Below are positions 63,494 through 64,000 of a stretch of 64,000 nt of DNA, piece by piece. Below the pieces are notes generated by a model that saw only the letters and a program-made list of their open reading frames with translations, was not told where the DNA came from and made no database searches. Position 1 is the stretch's first letter, and each line of letters opens with the position of its first letter. The stretch is from the NCBI GenBank assembly GCA_020184695.1, contig JAANOX010000202.1, positions 1 to 64,000 on the forward strand, in the 5' to 3' direction. The position numbers and the translations under genes are program-made. The stretch comes from Histomonas meleagridis 2922-C6/04-290x (lineage: Eukaryota; Protista; Parabasalia).

Positions 63494-64000
63494 TTTCCAA
63501 AACGGTTATCTTTGACAGGTGAGGTGGCCGTTTATTTGGGGGTGGCCTGATTTACACAATTGTGATATATTTTTTTGAAGTTGATCTTCTTTGAAATTCA
63601 AACATGAATTTTGAAATATATATATTTTTTAATTTTCAAAAACCATCCAGTACCAGTTTACTGAATAATGTGTGGTTGCCGTGTATTGAATATGGGGCTC
63701 TTTTTTTGTTCTTTGTTAATGCAATCACTTTTGAAACGACATGCAAAACATTTCATATGGTTTTTTGATTTCTCAACAAAAATATATTTTAAAATTCATT
63801 AATCTTGGTTTTATTATTTCTGTGATCTAATAATATAGTTTCTAAGAGAATGTAATTACATTACACAAAGGTAGCTTTCATTCAAAAAATATTTTAAATG
63901 TATAATTGTCAAAAAAATTCATATTTACTTTGGTAAATTTTGTAGTATATTTATTTAATGTGCTTCCAAGAATGTCAATGCCAAAAAGTCATTTGTTTTT

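Overview
AT-rich, gene-dense and almost intron-free eukaryotic DNA. It most likely comes from a parabasalid protist (Histomonas/Tritrichomonas/Trichomonas-like). That assignment is inferred from BspA-type LRR genes, three Myb genes, DUF3447-type ankyrin remnants, a TKL kinase and M3/M5-like core promoter motifs. About 35 protein genes are recognisable, including a WDR7-like protein, Rpn10, a CPLANE1-like protein, a MYST acetyltransferase, TTC29, Vps33, an XRN nuclease, an atypical two-domain E2F, FAM91A1, RPL10, RPL44/eL42, a Nup98-like nucleoporin, CK1, MCM2, SNRNP40 and a plant-type PEX22-like protein, plus several pseudogenes. No rRNA, tRNA or CRISPR was recognised. The most striking feature is missed by the ORF track. 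An ankyrin-repeat gene (43351-44619, minus strand) has perfectly intact repeats but is interrupted four times at the same beta-hairpin position, just before the T/S-P-L-H motif. The inserts are T-rich (78, 78, 37 and 18 nt), and single GT-AG splicing cannot remove them in frame. A decayed ankyrin locus near 50.6-51.2 kb shows the same architecture. This suggests a repeat-targeted, non-canonical intervening-sequence system. Other notable items are a PEX22 homologue in a lineage regarded as lacking peroxisomes, a TTAA-flanked 200-bp MITE-like element, and catalytic-motif losses (DHHS, Nup98 CF/N, eL42 GGQ). All homology calls come from motif recognition by eye and from memory; no searches were run.
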